Assembly: GCA_965219085.1 (NCBI GenBank)
Contig: OZ244720.1
Span: forward strand, 192,001 to 256,000
Source of the DNA: Dehalococcoidia bacterium
GTDB taxonomy: Bacteria; Chloroflexota; Dehalococcoidia; UBA2979
DNA length: 64,000 nucleotides
Reading direction: 5' to 3'
The notes beneath the pieces are model-generated. The model was not told the DNA's origin, did not search any database, and saw nothing but the letters and a program-made list of their open reading frames with translations. The position numbers and the translations under genes are program-made. Below are positions 28,980-40,778 of the stretch, piece by piece. How positions within the stretch are numbered: the first letter of the stretch is position 1; each line of letters opens with the position of its first letter.

Positions 28980-30119
28980 TCAGCGCCCCTCGACCGGCAC
29001 GTACTCGCGGTTCAGGGGGCCGACGTAGTGGAGCAGCGGGCGGAGGAGGATGTTGTTCTCCATCTGCTCCAGCACTTGCACCGTCCACCCCGGCACCCGC
29101 CCCACCGCGAAGATCGGCACGAACAGGTCCTGCGGGATGCCGTGCAGGTAGTAGATCACCCCCGCGAAGAAGTCGACGTTCACGTTCACGCCCAGGCGGC
29201 CGTAGGGCCGCATCGCCTCCTGCACGGCCTCGAGGATGGCGTACCACTTCGGCTCGCCCTTCTCCGCGCTCAGCCGCTGCACGCCCTCGCGCAGGTGGCG
29301 CGCCCGCGGGTCCTCGGCGCGGTAGACCCGATGGCCGAAGCCCATGATCGGCTCGCCGCGCGATCGCAGCTCCTTGACGTAGTCGGCCGCGCGCTCCGGC
29401 TCCTCGATCTCGCGCGCCATCTGCATCACGTTCTCCGCCGCCCCGCCGTGCGAGGGGCCGGACAGCGCAGCGATCGCTGCGGTGATCGAGCTGTGCAGGT
29501 CGGCCTGCGTGCCGGTGACGACGCGCGCGGTGAATGACGAGGCGTTGGAGCCGTGCTCGGCGTGGAGGATGAAGTCCTTGTCCATCAGCGCCGCCGCGTC
29601 GCCGCTGGGCTCGTCGCCGTCGAGCATGTAGAGGAAGTTCGCGGCGTGGGAGAGCGTCGGGCTGGGCTCGATGGGGTCGCGGCCTTCGCGGATGGCGTGG
29701 TGGGCCGTGACGATCGTCGGCACCTGCGAGGTGAGCCGCAGGCCCTTGCGCAGCGTCGCGTCGTGCGACTTGTCGGCGGTCTCCGGGTCGGTCGCGGCGA
29801 GGGCTGAGACGGCGGTGCGCAGCACGTCCATCGGGTGTGCGTCCCGGACCAGCCGGATCACGTCGAGGATCTTGCCGGGCAGCATGCGCGCGGACTTGAG
29901 TTCGGCGTCGAAGGCGTCGAGTTGCGCGGGCGACGGCAGCTCGCCGTGGAAGAGCAGGTACGCGGTCTCCTCGAAGGTGGAGCGGGTGGCGAGGTCGTCG
30001 ATGGAGTAGCCGCGGTACTGGAGCTTGCCGGCGCGGCCGTCGATGAAGCAGGTCTCGCTGCGGTCGAAATAGACCTCCTTGAGCCCGCGGTGGATCGCGA
30101 TCTCGGCGGTGTTCGTCAT
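28980..30119 (-). CDS. Citrate synthase (or 2-methylcitrate synthase)
   Basis: LQYRGY, HAEHGSNASSF, GPSHGGA, MGFGHRVY..EDPRA, NVDFF. Confidence 0.93.
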   Translation of the reverse strand: MTNTAEIAIHRGLKEVYFDRSETCFIDGRAGKLQYRGYSIDDLATRSTFEETAYLLFHGELPSPAQLDAFDAELKSARMLPGKILDVIRLVRDAHPMDVLRTAVSALAATDPETADKSHDATLRKGLRLTSQVPTIVTAHHAIREGRDPIEPSPTLSHAANFLYMLDGDEPSGDAAALMDKDFILHAEHGSNASSFTARVVTGTQADLHSSITAAIAALSGPSHGGAAENVMQMAREIEEPERAADYVKELRSRGEPIMGFGHRVYRAEDPRARHLREGVQRLSAEKGEPKWYAILEAVQEAMRPYGRLGVNVNVDFFAGVIYYLHGIPQDLFVPIFAVGRVPGWTVQVLEQMENNILLRPLLHYVGPLNREYVPVEGR

Positions 30120-30269
30120 GGGGCATCTCCTCGTACCGCGCGGCTGCGGCAAGCGCAGCGCGCGGATCGAGGCCGCCCGTGAGGGCGGCCCCGGTGTGTG
30201 CTCAGCCTCGTTCCGGCGCGACGAGCGAGCGGGGGCAGCCTTGCGCAGCCGACGGCATCGCAGCGCGCG

Positions 30270-32018
<1,749 letters not shown>

Positions 32019-32160
32019 AACGAGTCTCCCTCTCCTGGCCGACGCTCCGGAAACAACGCACCGAGTATATCGCAGCCCCGGCCGCATCGAGCGTCGTGCG
32101 TGGCCCATAGGGGCGCTTCGCGTCGTGATCAGCTACCCTAGCGCCACAACGAGGATCACC

Positions 32161-32778
32161 ATGACCTACGAATCTGACATCGACGAGCAGGGTCCCGAGG
32201 TCTCGATGACCGAGCCCGCGATCGAGCGGCTCAAGATGCTCATCGCGAACGCCGGCGACCCGCCCGTCTCCGGCATCCGCCTCCAGATCACCAAGCGCAC
32301 CTCCCAGGGCTTCGAGCACTTGCTCTCAATGGTCGACGCGGGTCGCGAGCCCGAGGAAGACTACGAGCTCGACTTCGACGACCTCGCCGTCTTTGTCGAA
32401 GGCGCCAACGCGGAGTCCCTCGACGGCATCGCCGTGCACTGGGAGTACAAGGGCGAGGGCGTCAACGGCTTCGAGTTCGACAACCCGAACCCGCCCTGGC
32501 ATGACCCGAACGCGATGCGCATCCAGGAGCTGTTCGACCAGAGCATCAACCCCGGCATCGCCTCGCACGGCGGCTTCGTCGACCTGCTCGGGATCGAGGG
32601 CAAGACCGCCTACATTCGCCTCGGCGGGGGCTGCCAGGGCTGCGGCATGGCCGACGTGACGCTCAAGCAGGGCATCGAGGTCGCCATCAAGGAGGCCGTC
32701 CCGGAGATCGAGGAGGTCGCCGACGAGACCGACCACGACGCCGGCGCGAACCCCTACTTCCAGCCCGCGAAGAAGTAG
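32161..32778 (+). CDS. nfuA: Fe-S cluster carrier NfuA-like (degenerate A-type domain plus NifU C-terminal domain)
   Basis: INPGIASHGG, LGGGCQGCGMA..TLKQGIE, TDH.AGANPYF. Confidence 0.88.
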   Translation: MTYESDIDEQGPEVSMTEPAIERLKMLIANAGDPPVSGIRLQITKRTSQGFEHLLSMVDAGREPEEDYELDFDDLAVFVEGANAESLDGIAVHWEYKGEGVNGFEFDNPNPPWHDPNAMRIQELFDQSINPGIASHGGFVDLLGIEGKTAYIRLGGGCQGCGMADVTLKQGIEVAIKEAVPEIEEVADETDHDAGANPYFQPAKK

Positions 32779-34238
32779 TGCCGGGCGCTCCCCAACAAGG
32801 CAGCTCATCGCACGCATCACCGGCACGCGCCACGCGTGTCCTGCTGCTCTCGACGTATGAGATGGGGCACCAGCCGCTCAGCCTCGCGGCGCCCGCCGCC
32901 GCGCTGCGCGCGCGCGGCCACGCCGTCGACGTGCTCGACCTCGCCGTCGACCCGCTCGACGATGGGCGCGTGCGCGCTGCCGACCTGATCGCGCTGTCGA
33001 TCCCGATGCACACGGCGTCGAGGCTCGCACTGCAACTCGTGCCACGGCTGCGCGCGCTGCGGCCCGACGCCGCGATCGCGCTCTACGGCCTCTACGCCGG
33101 GCTGCTCGGCGACCTCCGCGCGAGCGGGCTCGTCGACGCGGTGGCCGGGGGCGAGTACGAGCCCGCGCTGTGCGACCTCGCCGACCGCATCGCGGCGGGT
33201 GAAGGCCTCGACGCGCCGGCGCCCGACGCCGCATTCGCGCGCCAGCACTACCCCGTCCCCGACCGCAGCGGCCTGCCCGCCCTCGACCGCTACGCGCAGC
33301 TCCAAACCGAGGACGGCTTCGCCGTCGCCGGCTACGTCGAGGCGACCCGCGGCTGCGCGCACCAGTGCCTGCACTGCCCGGTGACCGCTGCCTACGACGG
33401 CCGGCTGCGCCTCGTCCAGCCCGAGACGGTGCTCGCCGACGTCGACCAGCAAGTGGAGGCCGGCGCCGCGCACATCACGTTCGGCGACCCCGACTTCCTC
33501 AACGCCGTGCCGCACTCGCTCGCGATCGCCGAGGGGCTGCACGGACGTCACCCCTCGCTGAGCTTCGACGTGACGACGAAGGTCGAGCACCTCCTCGAAC
33601 ACGCAGCGGTGCTGCCGCAGCTGAAGGACCTCGGCTGCCTCTTCGTCACCTCGGCGTTCGAAGCGACGAGCGACGAGGTGCTGCGCCAGCTCGACAAGGG
33701 CCACAACGCCGCCGACCTCGTCCCCGCCCTCGACGCGTGCGAGGAGGCGGGGCTGGCGGTACGGCCGACGTGGATGACGTTCACGCCGTGGACCACGGCC
33801 GACGACCTCGCCGACATGCTCGCCTTCATCGAGGCGCACGGGCTCGTCGAGCGCGTGCCGCCGGTGCAGTACGGGTTGCGGCTGCTACTGCCGCCGGGCT
33901 CGCCGCTGATCGCGCCGACCCACGCGCAGGGCCTCCTCGGCGCGTACGACGCCGAGTCGCTGACCTACGAGTGGCGTCCGCTGGACGAGCGCGTCGACCC
34001 GCTCCAGCGCACGATCGCCGGCATCGTCGCCGAGCAGCACGCCGACATCCACGCGGGCCACGCCCGCACGTTCGGCCTCGTGCGTGAGGCAGTCCTCGCG
34101 GCTACCGGGCAGCGAGCGCCGGCGACGGCCGCGTCGCCGCGCGTCCTCCCGGCGGCACCGGGCCTCACCGAGAGCTGGTTCTGCTGAGCGGAGCCCACCG
34201 CGGAGCAGTCTGCTTCGCTCGACCTCATCACCCTCTAA
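32778..34238 (+). CDS. CUAEP-tail radical SAM selenoprotein (UGA at 34185-34187 read as Sec)
   Basis: B12-binding-like N-terminus, CAHQCLHC motif; in-frame LTESWFC-TGA-AEPTAEQSASLDLITL-TAA; SECIS-like hairpin follows the TGA. Confidence 0.85.
34186..34220 (+). promoter_or_regulatory. Putative bacterial SECIS element
   Basis: GAGCGGAGC (34186-34194) pairs with GCTTCGCTC (34212-34220), 9 bp with one GU; small upper stem with GGA apical loop. Confidence 0.7.
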
Positions 34239-34262
34239 CGAGGCGGCGTGACGGCTCGCTCG

Positions 34263-34622
34263 CTACTCCGCAGGCGGCGTCTCGTTGTGCACGAGGCCGA
34301 CGACGTTGCCGTCGGGGTCGGCGAACAGCGCCATCGTCACCATGCCGGGGATCGTCGTGATCTCCTGCACGGTCTTGCCGCCGAGCGCCTCGACTCGGTC
34401 GAGGTATGCCTGCAGGTCGTCGACCTCGATGTAGATGGTGACGCCGGGCTGCTCCGCGGCGGTGATGCCGCCGCCGATGCCCGTCTCCTCCTGGGCCTCG
34501 ACCAGGCCGTACTGCATCGGGTTATCGGCGTTGACCTCCCAGTCGAAGGCCTGGGCGTAGAACTGCTGGAGCGCGGCGCCGTCGGCTCCTGCGATATCGA
34601 AGTGCACGATGGGATTGGGCAT
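34263..34622 (-). CDS. VOC / glyoxalase family protein
   Basis: NPIVHFDIAG, FY...F.W, GIGGGI, IYIEVDD, FADPDGN. Confidence 0.9.
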   Translation of the reverse strand: MPNPIVHFDIAGADGAALQQFYAQAFDWEVNADNPMQYGLVEAQEETGIGGGITAAEQPGVTIYIEVDDLQAYLDRVEALGGKTVQEITTIPGMVTMALFADPDGNVVGLVHNETPPAE

Positions 34623-34820
34623 GGGTGGGTCCTTTCGATGAGTTGGTGGGAGCGATGTGCGGGGCGGGCAAGCCGCCTCGATCAACGTAGCACGCGGTGA
34701 GGCTTCAGGAGAGTGCGTGCCGCGAGTCTGAACCCGCGATTACAATCGTGTGCGTCGACGCATGGTTTTTTAGCGACGTATCATGTACGCTTCACAAGTA
34801 ACTCCGGGGGACTCGGCCGA

Positions 34821-35213
34821 ATGACCGCCAGCGATCCTGCCGCGATAGCCGACCATGCAGCCCAGGCCCGCGACTTCCTGGCCAGGAGTCGGGAGTACCT
34901 CGCTGCCGACCACCTGCATCAAGCCTCCGAAAAGGGGTGGGGAGCGGCCGCGCACATGGCCAAGGCCGTCGCTGCGGCGCAGGGCTGGGAGTATGAGACC
35001 CACGCCGACTTCAGCGCCGTGCTGAACCGAGCCCGTCAGGTGACCGGCAGTGACCGCCTTCCGGGCCTGCGAAGCATTGCCAACGAACTGCACAGCAACT
35101 ACTACCGGCGCAAGCGACACCTGGACGCCGAGAGCATCGGCGAGGACCTCGAGAGCGTGGCGGCGTTGCTGGAGATCCTCGCGCCGCTCGCAGACCCGTC
35201 GAGCCAGAGCTAG
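34821..35213 (+). CDS. PaREP1-like (HEPN-related) protein
   Basis: QASEKGWGAAA and ANELHSNYY motifs. Confidence 0.75.
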   Translation: MTASDPAAIADHAAQARDFLARSREYLAADHLHQASEKGWGAAAHMAKAVAAAQGWEYETHADFSAVLNRARQVTGSDRLPGLRSIANELHSNYYRRKRHLDAESIGEDLESVAALLEILAPLADPSSQS

Positions 35214-35238
35214 CGCGAGACAGGTCACGCCGCGTCCA

Positions 35239-36540
35239 CTACGAGAGCGCGCGTCGTCGCTCGCTTCCACCCTCGAGTGCCAGTTCCGCCACGCTGTCCT
35301 CGCCCTCATCGACGATGTCGATGCGGAGCAGCCCGTGCGCCTTGCGCAGCGACGCCTCGACATCCTCGGGGCGCTCGCCGCGGGCAAAGATGAAGCCGAG
35401 GTACTCGCTGCCCTCGGGCAGCGGGGTCACCGCGTGTCCCAGCGGGGTCGTGATGGCGATACCGGCCACCCCGCGCGCCGCCCTCGCCGCGGCGAGGCCA
35501 CCGACGCGGTTGAGGCGGCCCGCCTGCGGTATCGGGATCATCATCACGCCCGACGCCGCACTCGTCCGCTCGATGCTGGACGCGGGCGCGCCCACGGCGT
35601 GGCTGAGCAGCAGTGCTTCGAGGGTGACGCCCGCGCCGAACTGGAGCGTGCGCGAGCACAGCCCGCCGATGCTCCGTGCGGCGATGTCGACCGGCCACAC
35701 GCCCTCGTCGTTGATACGCATCTCGGCGTGCAGGGGGCCGTCGCGCAGACCGAGCGCGCGCGCGGCGTCGGCGGCCGTGCGGCGCACCTCCTCCTGCCGC
35801 TCCGCGGGCAGCCGCGAGGGCGTCACGTAGATCGTCTCCTCGAAGTACGGGCCGACGAGCGGGTCGGGCTTGTCGAAGATGGCGAGCACCTCGAGCTCGC
35901 CGTCGGTGAGCAGGCCCTCGACGGAGACCTCCTCGCCGGGGATGTAGCCTTCGATGAGCACACGGTCGTCGGTGCCCATGCACTCGTCGCGCACGGCGGG
36001 GTCGCGTAGCAGCGCGCGCAGCCGCTCGAACGCCACGACGAACTCCGCCTCGTCGTTCGCGCGGATCACGCCGCGGCTGGCGGAGAGCGAGAGCGGCTTC
36101 ACGACGCACGGCAGCGGCGCCTCGGCGGCCATGGCGCGTGGATCCGCGTCGACAGGCACGACCATCCATGGCGGCGAGAGCACTCCGCCGGCCTCCAGCC
36201 GCTGCCGCAGCAGGGACTTGTCGCGCGTGCCCGCGACGGCGTCGACGGTGTTGTGCGGCAGGCCGAGCCGCTCGGACGCGCGCGCCGCGGCGAGCGTCCC
36301 CGCGTCGTCGACCGCGACGACGGCTGCGAGCGGGCGCTCGATGGCGTATGCCTGGATCGCCTCGGCGGCGGCCTCCGGATCGCCGAGGGGTAGCGCGAGC
36401 GTGGTTCCTGGCAGGAACGACTCGACGGCGGAGCGCTGGTCCGAGCCGACTACCACGTCGACGTCGAGTTCGGCGGCGGCGGCCATGAAGTCGGACGCGC
36501 GGTAGCTGGCGCTGGGGATGAGCAGGAGTACGCGCGCCAT
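35239..36540 (-). CDS. ATP-grasp domain ligase
   Basis: RDKSLLR, PCVVKPLSLSASRGVIRA, IEGYIPGEEVSVEG, HAEMR, AARSIGG. Confidence 0.9.
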   Translation of the reverse strand: MARVLLLIPSASYRASDFMAAAAELDVDVVVGSDQRSAVESFLPGTTLALPLGDPEAAAEAIQAYAIERPLAAVVAVDDAGTLAAARASERLGLPHNTVDAVAGTRDKSLLRQRLEAGGVLSPPWMVVPVDADPRAMAAEAPLPCVVKPLSLSASRGVIRANDEAEFVVAFERLRALLRDPAVRDECMGTDDRVLIEGYIPGEEVSVEGLLTDGELEVLAIFDKPDPLVGPYFEETIYVTPSRLPAERQEEVRRTAADAARALGLRDGPLHAEMRINDEGVWPVDIAARSIGGLCSRTLQFGAGVTLEALLLSHAVGAPASSIERTSAASGVMMIPIPQAGRLNRVGGLAAARAARGVAGIAITTPLGHAVTPLPEGSEYLGFIFARGERPEDVEASLRKAHGLLRIDIVDEGEDSVAELALEGGSERRRALS

Positions 36541-36608
36541 CGGGCCTCCGGTGGTGGTTGCCGCCCTCGGTAGCATCGATTGTAGCGGGGCGACCGAAGG
36601 AGCACGGG

Positions 36609-37334
36609 ATGCTACAGGCCCACACGGACATCGGGCTCGTCCGCTCGACGAACCAGGACGTCGCGCTCGCCGAGGAACTGCGCGACGGCCGCAGCCTGCT
36701 CGTCGTCGCCGACGGCGTCGGCGGCCTCCCGGGTGGCGAGGTCGCCTCGCGCACCGCCGTCGACACGCTGGCCGAGGTCCTGCGCACGGCCGGCGACGAA
36801 CCGCCCGACGCGGCGCTGCGCCGGGCGTTCGCAGCAGCGAACGACGCAGTGCGTGTGGGGCAGCGGGGCGACCTCGCCCGCATGAGCACCACGCTCGTCG
36901 CCGCGCTCGTGCGCGGGGGCACGGCGTGGGTCGCCAACATCGGGGACAGCCGCGCCTACCTCGTGGCGGACGGCGAGGCGCGACAGCTGACGCTCGACCA
37001 CTCGTGGGTCGAGGAGGGGATCCGCGCGGGTGAGCTCGCCCCCGACGACCCGCTGGTCGCGCTCAACCGCCACGTGATCACGCGCGCCATCGGCCTCGAC
37101 GCCCACGCCGCCGTCGATGTCTTCGGCCCGTTCGACCTGCTTCCCGGCAGCGTGCTGCTGCTCTGCACCGACGGGCTGCACGGCGTGCTCGACGACCCGG
37201 CGATCGCCGACGTCGTCGCGGCGTCCGAGGGCGACTACGCGCGCGATCTCGTCGACGTGGTGCTCACGGCGGGCGCGCCCGACAACGTCGCGGTCGCCGT
37301 TTTGGCAGCGCCGGCATCGCAGCCGGGTGCGTAG
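36609..37334 (+). CDS. PP2C-family Ser/Thr protein phosphatase
   Basis: TDIGLVRSTNQD, VADGVGG, NIGDSRAY, LTLDHS, CTDGL, DNV. Confidence 0.92.
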   Translation: MLQAHTDIGLVRSTNQDVALAEELRDGRSLLVVADGVGGLPGGEVASRTAVDTLAEVLRTAGDEPPDAALRRAFAAANDAVRVGQRGDLARMSTTLVAALVRGGTAWVANIGDSRAYLVADGEARQLTLDHSWVEEGIRAGELAPDDPLVALNRHVITRAIGLDAHAAVDVFGPFDLLPGSVLLLCTDGLHGVLDDPAIADVVAASEGDYARDLVDVVLTAGAPDNVAVAVLAAPASQPGA

Positions 37335-37409
37335 ACCTGCTATCAGCGTTCGTTGCAGTACAGTGCTGCCGAACGCCCCGACGCGACACCAGCACGTGGA
37401 GGCGACGAC

Positions 37410-37728
37410 ATGCCCAAGTACCTGGTCAAGGCGTCGTACAACCCCAGGGGCGCAGGGCCTGCTACAGGAAGGCGGAACCTCGCGACGCGACGCCCCCACC
37501 GCCTTGATCGAGTCGGTCGGCGGCTCGGTCGATACGTTCCTCTACGCGTTCGGCGGTGACGACCTCTACATCGTCATGGATGTGCCGGACAACGTGTCGG
37601 CAGCCGCGCGCGGCCTCGCCATCGGCGCGGCGGGCGCCATCACGTGGAACACCACGGTGATGCTCACGCCCGAGGAGATCGACGAGGCAGCCGGCAAGTC
37701 CGTCACCTACCGCCCGCCCGGCGCGTAG
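37410..37728 (+). pseudogene. GYD-domain protein, frameshifted
   Basis: MPKYLVKASYNP in one frame continues as GAQGLLQEGGTSRR...YAFGGDD...YRPPG in another; shift near 37445. Confidence 0.8.
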
Positions 37729-38519
37729 CCCGCTCGACCGGCGGGCAGCCCGTAGCGCGGGCGCGCCGAGGGCGGGAGCAACACCGCGGGCGGCCGGCGC
37801 AGCACGCGCGGCAGCCTGGGCCAGACGGCCCGGCTCAGCGCGCTGACGCCCTCGAACAGCGCGGCGCGGGCAGGATCCCACGCCATGCCGTACTCGTGGC
37901 GCAGCCGCGGCGGCAGCAGCCCCGCCGTGATCTCGCGCCACGGCACGATCAGCGGGCCGAACGGCGGCGCCGCGCGGCACAGCTCGCGCGCGATGGCCCG
38001 CGCCATCTCGCTCACCTCGAGGCGCTCGATCATCGCGTCGAGGTACGCGTTGAAGGCGTCGATGTCGGGTGGCAGCAGCGCCTCCGGGACGCCGAGCAGC
38101 CGCCCGACGAGCTTCGTGTCCTCGTAGTAGCGCGCCTCGCGCTCCGGCGGGAGCGCGCGCACGAAGCGCCGATGGCACTCGAGCGCGGTGTCGACGAGCG
38201 TCGCGTGCACCCACAGCAGCAGCTCGGGGTCGCGCGCCTCGTAGTCTGCGCCGGTGACGCCTCGATGCACCGAGTTGACGCCGCGCGCCGCGGCACGCAC
38301 CTCGTCGGCGTTGCCGAAGACGATGGCGAACATCGGGCGCAGCGTGCGCAGCAGCCGACCGAAGCGGTCGCCTCGCCACTCGCTGTGCTCGGCGACGCCC
38401 TGCGCTACGAGCGGGTGCGCGATCTGCATGAGCAGCGCCCGTCCGCCGCCGACGAGGACCACCGCCTCCCCGTCGACCTCGCGGATCGCCGCGCCGGGAG
38501 CGAATGGCAGCCCGTCCAC
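37707..38519 (-). CDS. Oxygenase MpaB / DUF2236 family protein
   Basis: GGRALLMQIAHPLVAQGVAEHS, RLLRT, Y.A.DPELLLWVHATL. Confidence 0.85.
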   Translation of the reverse strand: MDGLPFAPGAAIREVDGEAVVLVGGGRALLMQIAHPLVAQGVAEHSEWRGDRFGRLLRTLRPMFAIVFGNADEVRAAARGVNSVHRGVTGADYEARDPELLLWVHATLVDTALECHRRFVRALPPEREARYYEDTKLVGRLLGVPEALLPPDIDAFNAYLDAMIERLEVSEMARAIARELCRAAPPFGPLIVPWREITAGLLPPRLRHEYGMAWDPARAALFEGVSALSRAVWPRLPRVLRRPPAVLLPPSARPRYGLPAGRAGYAPGGR

Positions 38520-38533
38520 GGCGCCTCGCCCCG

Positions 38534-39469
38534 CTAGAAGATCACGAGGGGGTTGACCGGGCTGCCGGTGCCCCCCGGCACGCGCAGCGGCGCCACGACG
38601 AGCAGGAACTCGTAACGTCCCTCCTCGGCGCACGCCTCGGCGAGCGGCTGTAGCAGCGCGTTGTCGACGAGCGCGACGCCGAAGGCGTAGATGACCGGGT
38701 GCACGGCCCAGCCGAGTTCATACTCGTTGGGGCGCGCGTCCATCATGTCCCACACCAGCATCGACACGTCGCGGTCGCGGATGTAGCCCATGCAGCTCGC
38801 GTGCAGGCCGGGTGCGGGCTCCTCGCGCTTGCCGAAGAAGAAGTCGGGGTTCGCGGCCTGGAACGCCTCGCGGCCGCTGTAGACGACGAGGGCGTCACCC
38901 GGCCCGACCTCGACGCCTTGCGCCTCCGCGATCTCCGCGAGCTCCGCGCCGTGCACCGGCCGGTCGACGGTCACGTGCGGCTCACCGCGGTGGCGAGGCA
39001 CGTCGAGCAGCACGCCGCGCGTGATGATGCCGGTCTCCCACGCCGTCACGTCGCCGAACGTCACGCCCTCGCCGGTCACGAACTCGTCGGGGTCGCGGCC
39101 CTGCCAGCCGCCGCGGTGGTCCCAGACGTGGCTCAGCGCGTCGAGGTGGGTGTGGTTGTGGCCGTGGTAGACGAAGCCGTAGTAGTCGACCACCGAGCCG
39201 GTGTCGTACGGGCGCGCGTTGCGGCGGATGAAGTGCTGCGCGGGCGTCGGGTTCGTCGGGCCGGGCTCCTTCGGGTACGGTCGGCTGATCGAGACGACGC
39301 GCCCCGTGCGCGCCATCCCGAGCGCTTCTACCCGCTTGGCTGCGTCGATGAGGTTGACGGCTCCGACCTGGTCGTCGTCGCCCCAGCGACCCCAGTTGTT
39401 GCGCTCGGTGAGCCAGCCGTGGACCTCGTCCTTCGAGGGCAGCGCGCGCCCGTCCTGCTCGTCCGCCAT
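38534..39469 (-). CDS. Cyclase family protein (kynurenine formamidase-like)
   Basis: NWGRWGDDDQVG, THLDALSH, TRGVLLDV, GTGSPVNP. Confidence 0.9.
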   Translation of the reverse strand: MADEQDGRALPSKDEVHGWLTERNNWGRWGDDDQVGAVNLIDAAKRVEALGMARTGRVVSISRPYPKEPGPTNPTPAQHFIRRNARPYDTGSVVDYYGFVYHGHNHTHLDALSHVWDHRGGWQGRDPDEFVTGEGVTFGDVTAWETGIITRGVLLDVPRHRGEPHVTVDRPVHGAELAEIAEAQGVEVGPGDALVVYSGREAFQAANPDFFFGKREEPAPGLHASCMGYIRDRDVSMLVWDMMDARPNEYELGWAVHPVIYAFGVALVDNALLQPLAEACAEEGRYEFLLVVAPLRVPGGTGSPVNPLVIF

Positions 39470-39587
39470 CGTGCCCCCTCGTCCCGCGTCCGCTTCGCCG
39501 GGCGCGATGGTAGCGCGCGCTGCCCTCGACCCCCAGCGGGCGGTACGATGTGCCGACGGACCCCTCCACGCAGCTGAGGCCCCGCCC

Positions 39588-39965
39588 ATGCCCGAGCAGT
39601 ACGCCGCCACCGACACACGCACGGGCCTCGAGGTCGTCGTGACGGGCGAGTTCCCCGCGGACCCCGACGACCGCGTGCGCATCGCCCGTACGACGACGCT
39701 GTTCACGCGGCTGATGTCGACGATCCTCGCGATGGACAACAAGACGGAGCAGCGCGAGGGCTTCCGGGCAGTCGAGACGCAGCTGGAGGTGGCGGAGGCG
39801 CTGCTGCGCCGCGACCTCGAGGAGGTCCAGCGGCTGATCCACTCGACCCTCGAGACGATGGGGATCACGGAGGAGCGGCTGGCGGAGATCGAGGCGGAGC
39901 TGCGGCGTCACCTGGAGGAGTTCGGTGGCCTCGACCTGCCGCCGTCGGAGCCCCCGCCCGCATAG
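39588..39965 (+). CDS. Hypothetical protein (125 aa)
   Basis: Strong GC3 bias, helical acidic protein; fills the gap between two minus-strand genes. Confidence 0.75.
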   Translation: MPEQYAATDTRTGLEVVVTGEFPADPDDRVRIARTTTLFTRLMSTILAMDNKTEQREGFRAVETQLEVAEALLRRDLEEVQRLIHSTLETMGITEERLAEIEAELRRHLEEFGGLDLPPSEPPPA

Positions 39966-40026
39966 CTGTGGTCAGTTCCGACGGGCGGCGACCGCGGAAC
40001 GGCGGCCGCTCATCTCCCCCGGCGTG

Positions 40027-40392
40027 TCAGGATCCGCCGCCCCCGGTGGCGTCGGTGTCGTCCGCCGTCATCGACATCCTCACCGGCAGGCCATCGCCGG
40101 AACCCGATGCGGGAGCGGAGCCCGCCACGACCTGGCCCGCCTGGACGACCGGGCTGTTTCCGGCGATGGACGGCAATGCCGCCTCGCGTTCGGCCCGGCG
40201 CTGGGTGATGAATGCCCAGACCGCGCGCTTGATGAACGAGCTGACTTTCCCATCGTCGAGATTGACCTCGCTCCGGAGCTCGCGCATCTCCTCTCCGTTG
40301 AACCGCACGGACACGATCCCGCCGACAGGCCGACGCACCTCAACCGTCACCTCTTCCTCGTCGAGGATGCTGCCGTAGTCCTCGTCAGCCAT
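40027..40392 (-). CDS. Putative antitoxin (BrnA/ribbon-helix-helix-like)
   Basis: IVSVRFNGEEM..L...VSSFIKRAV RHH-like pattern; overlaps upstream toxin-like gene. Confidence 0.6.
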   Translation of the reverse strand: MADEDYGSILDEEEVTVEVRRPVGGIVSVRFNGEEMRELRSEVNLDDGKVSSFIKRAVWAFITQRRAEREAALPSIAGNSPVVQAGQVVAGSAPASGSGDGLPVRMSMTADDTDATGGGGS

Positions 40393-40714
40393 CAGTGCTA
40401 CCCCCTGCCTGCCGGTACCGGGCGAGCTCGTCCCGGTCGGCGCGCCAACCCGTTACGACGTGGGATGCACCCTGCGGGTCTGGGTATTCCAGGATGAACG
40501 TGAGGAGGCGTCCTGACCCGTCGGGCCCAATCATGCGGAGGCGCTCCGGTCGTTCGCGCAGCGTCTCCCCGGACCGTTCCGTTCGCGCCTTCTGGCGAAA
40601 GAATCGCGGATGGCCATCCAGAACGTTATAGGCATCCTCGACTCGCAGTCCCCGCCGCGCCAGTTTGTCCTCCGCCTCCTCATTCCAGACGAGATACGCA
40701 ACGAACAACAGCAT
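40385..40714 (-). CDS. Putative BrnT-like ribonuclease toxin
   Basis: LVWNEEAEDKLARRGL..EDA, MIGPDGSGRLLTFI, VVTGWRA...E..RY pattern. Confidence 0.65.
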   Translation of the reverse strand: MLLFVAYLVWNEEAEDKLARRGLRVEDAYNVLDGHPRFFRQKARTERSGETLRERPERLRMIGPDGSGRLLTFILEYPDPQGASHVVTGWRADRDELARYRQAGGSTDG

Positions 40715-40724
40715 CACTCCGACC

Positions 40725-40741
40725 GGATTGTAACACAATCC
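40725..40741 (-). promoter_or_regulatory. Palindromic operator overlapping the TACAAT -10 of the TA operon
   Basis: GGATTGT-AAC-ACAATCC perfect 7-bp inverted repeat in an AT-rich divergent spacer. Confidence 0.65.
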
Positions 40742-40778
40742 ATAAAGTATTACGCTTGAGTTGCGAAGGGGACCCGGT

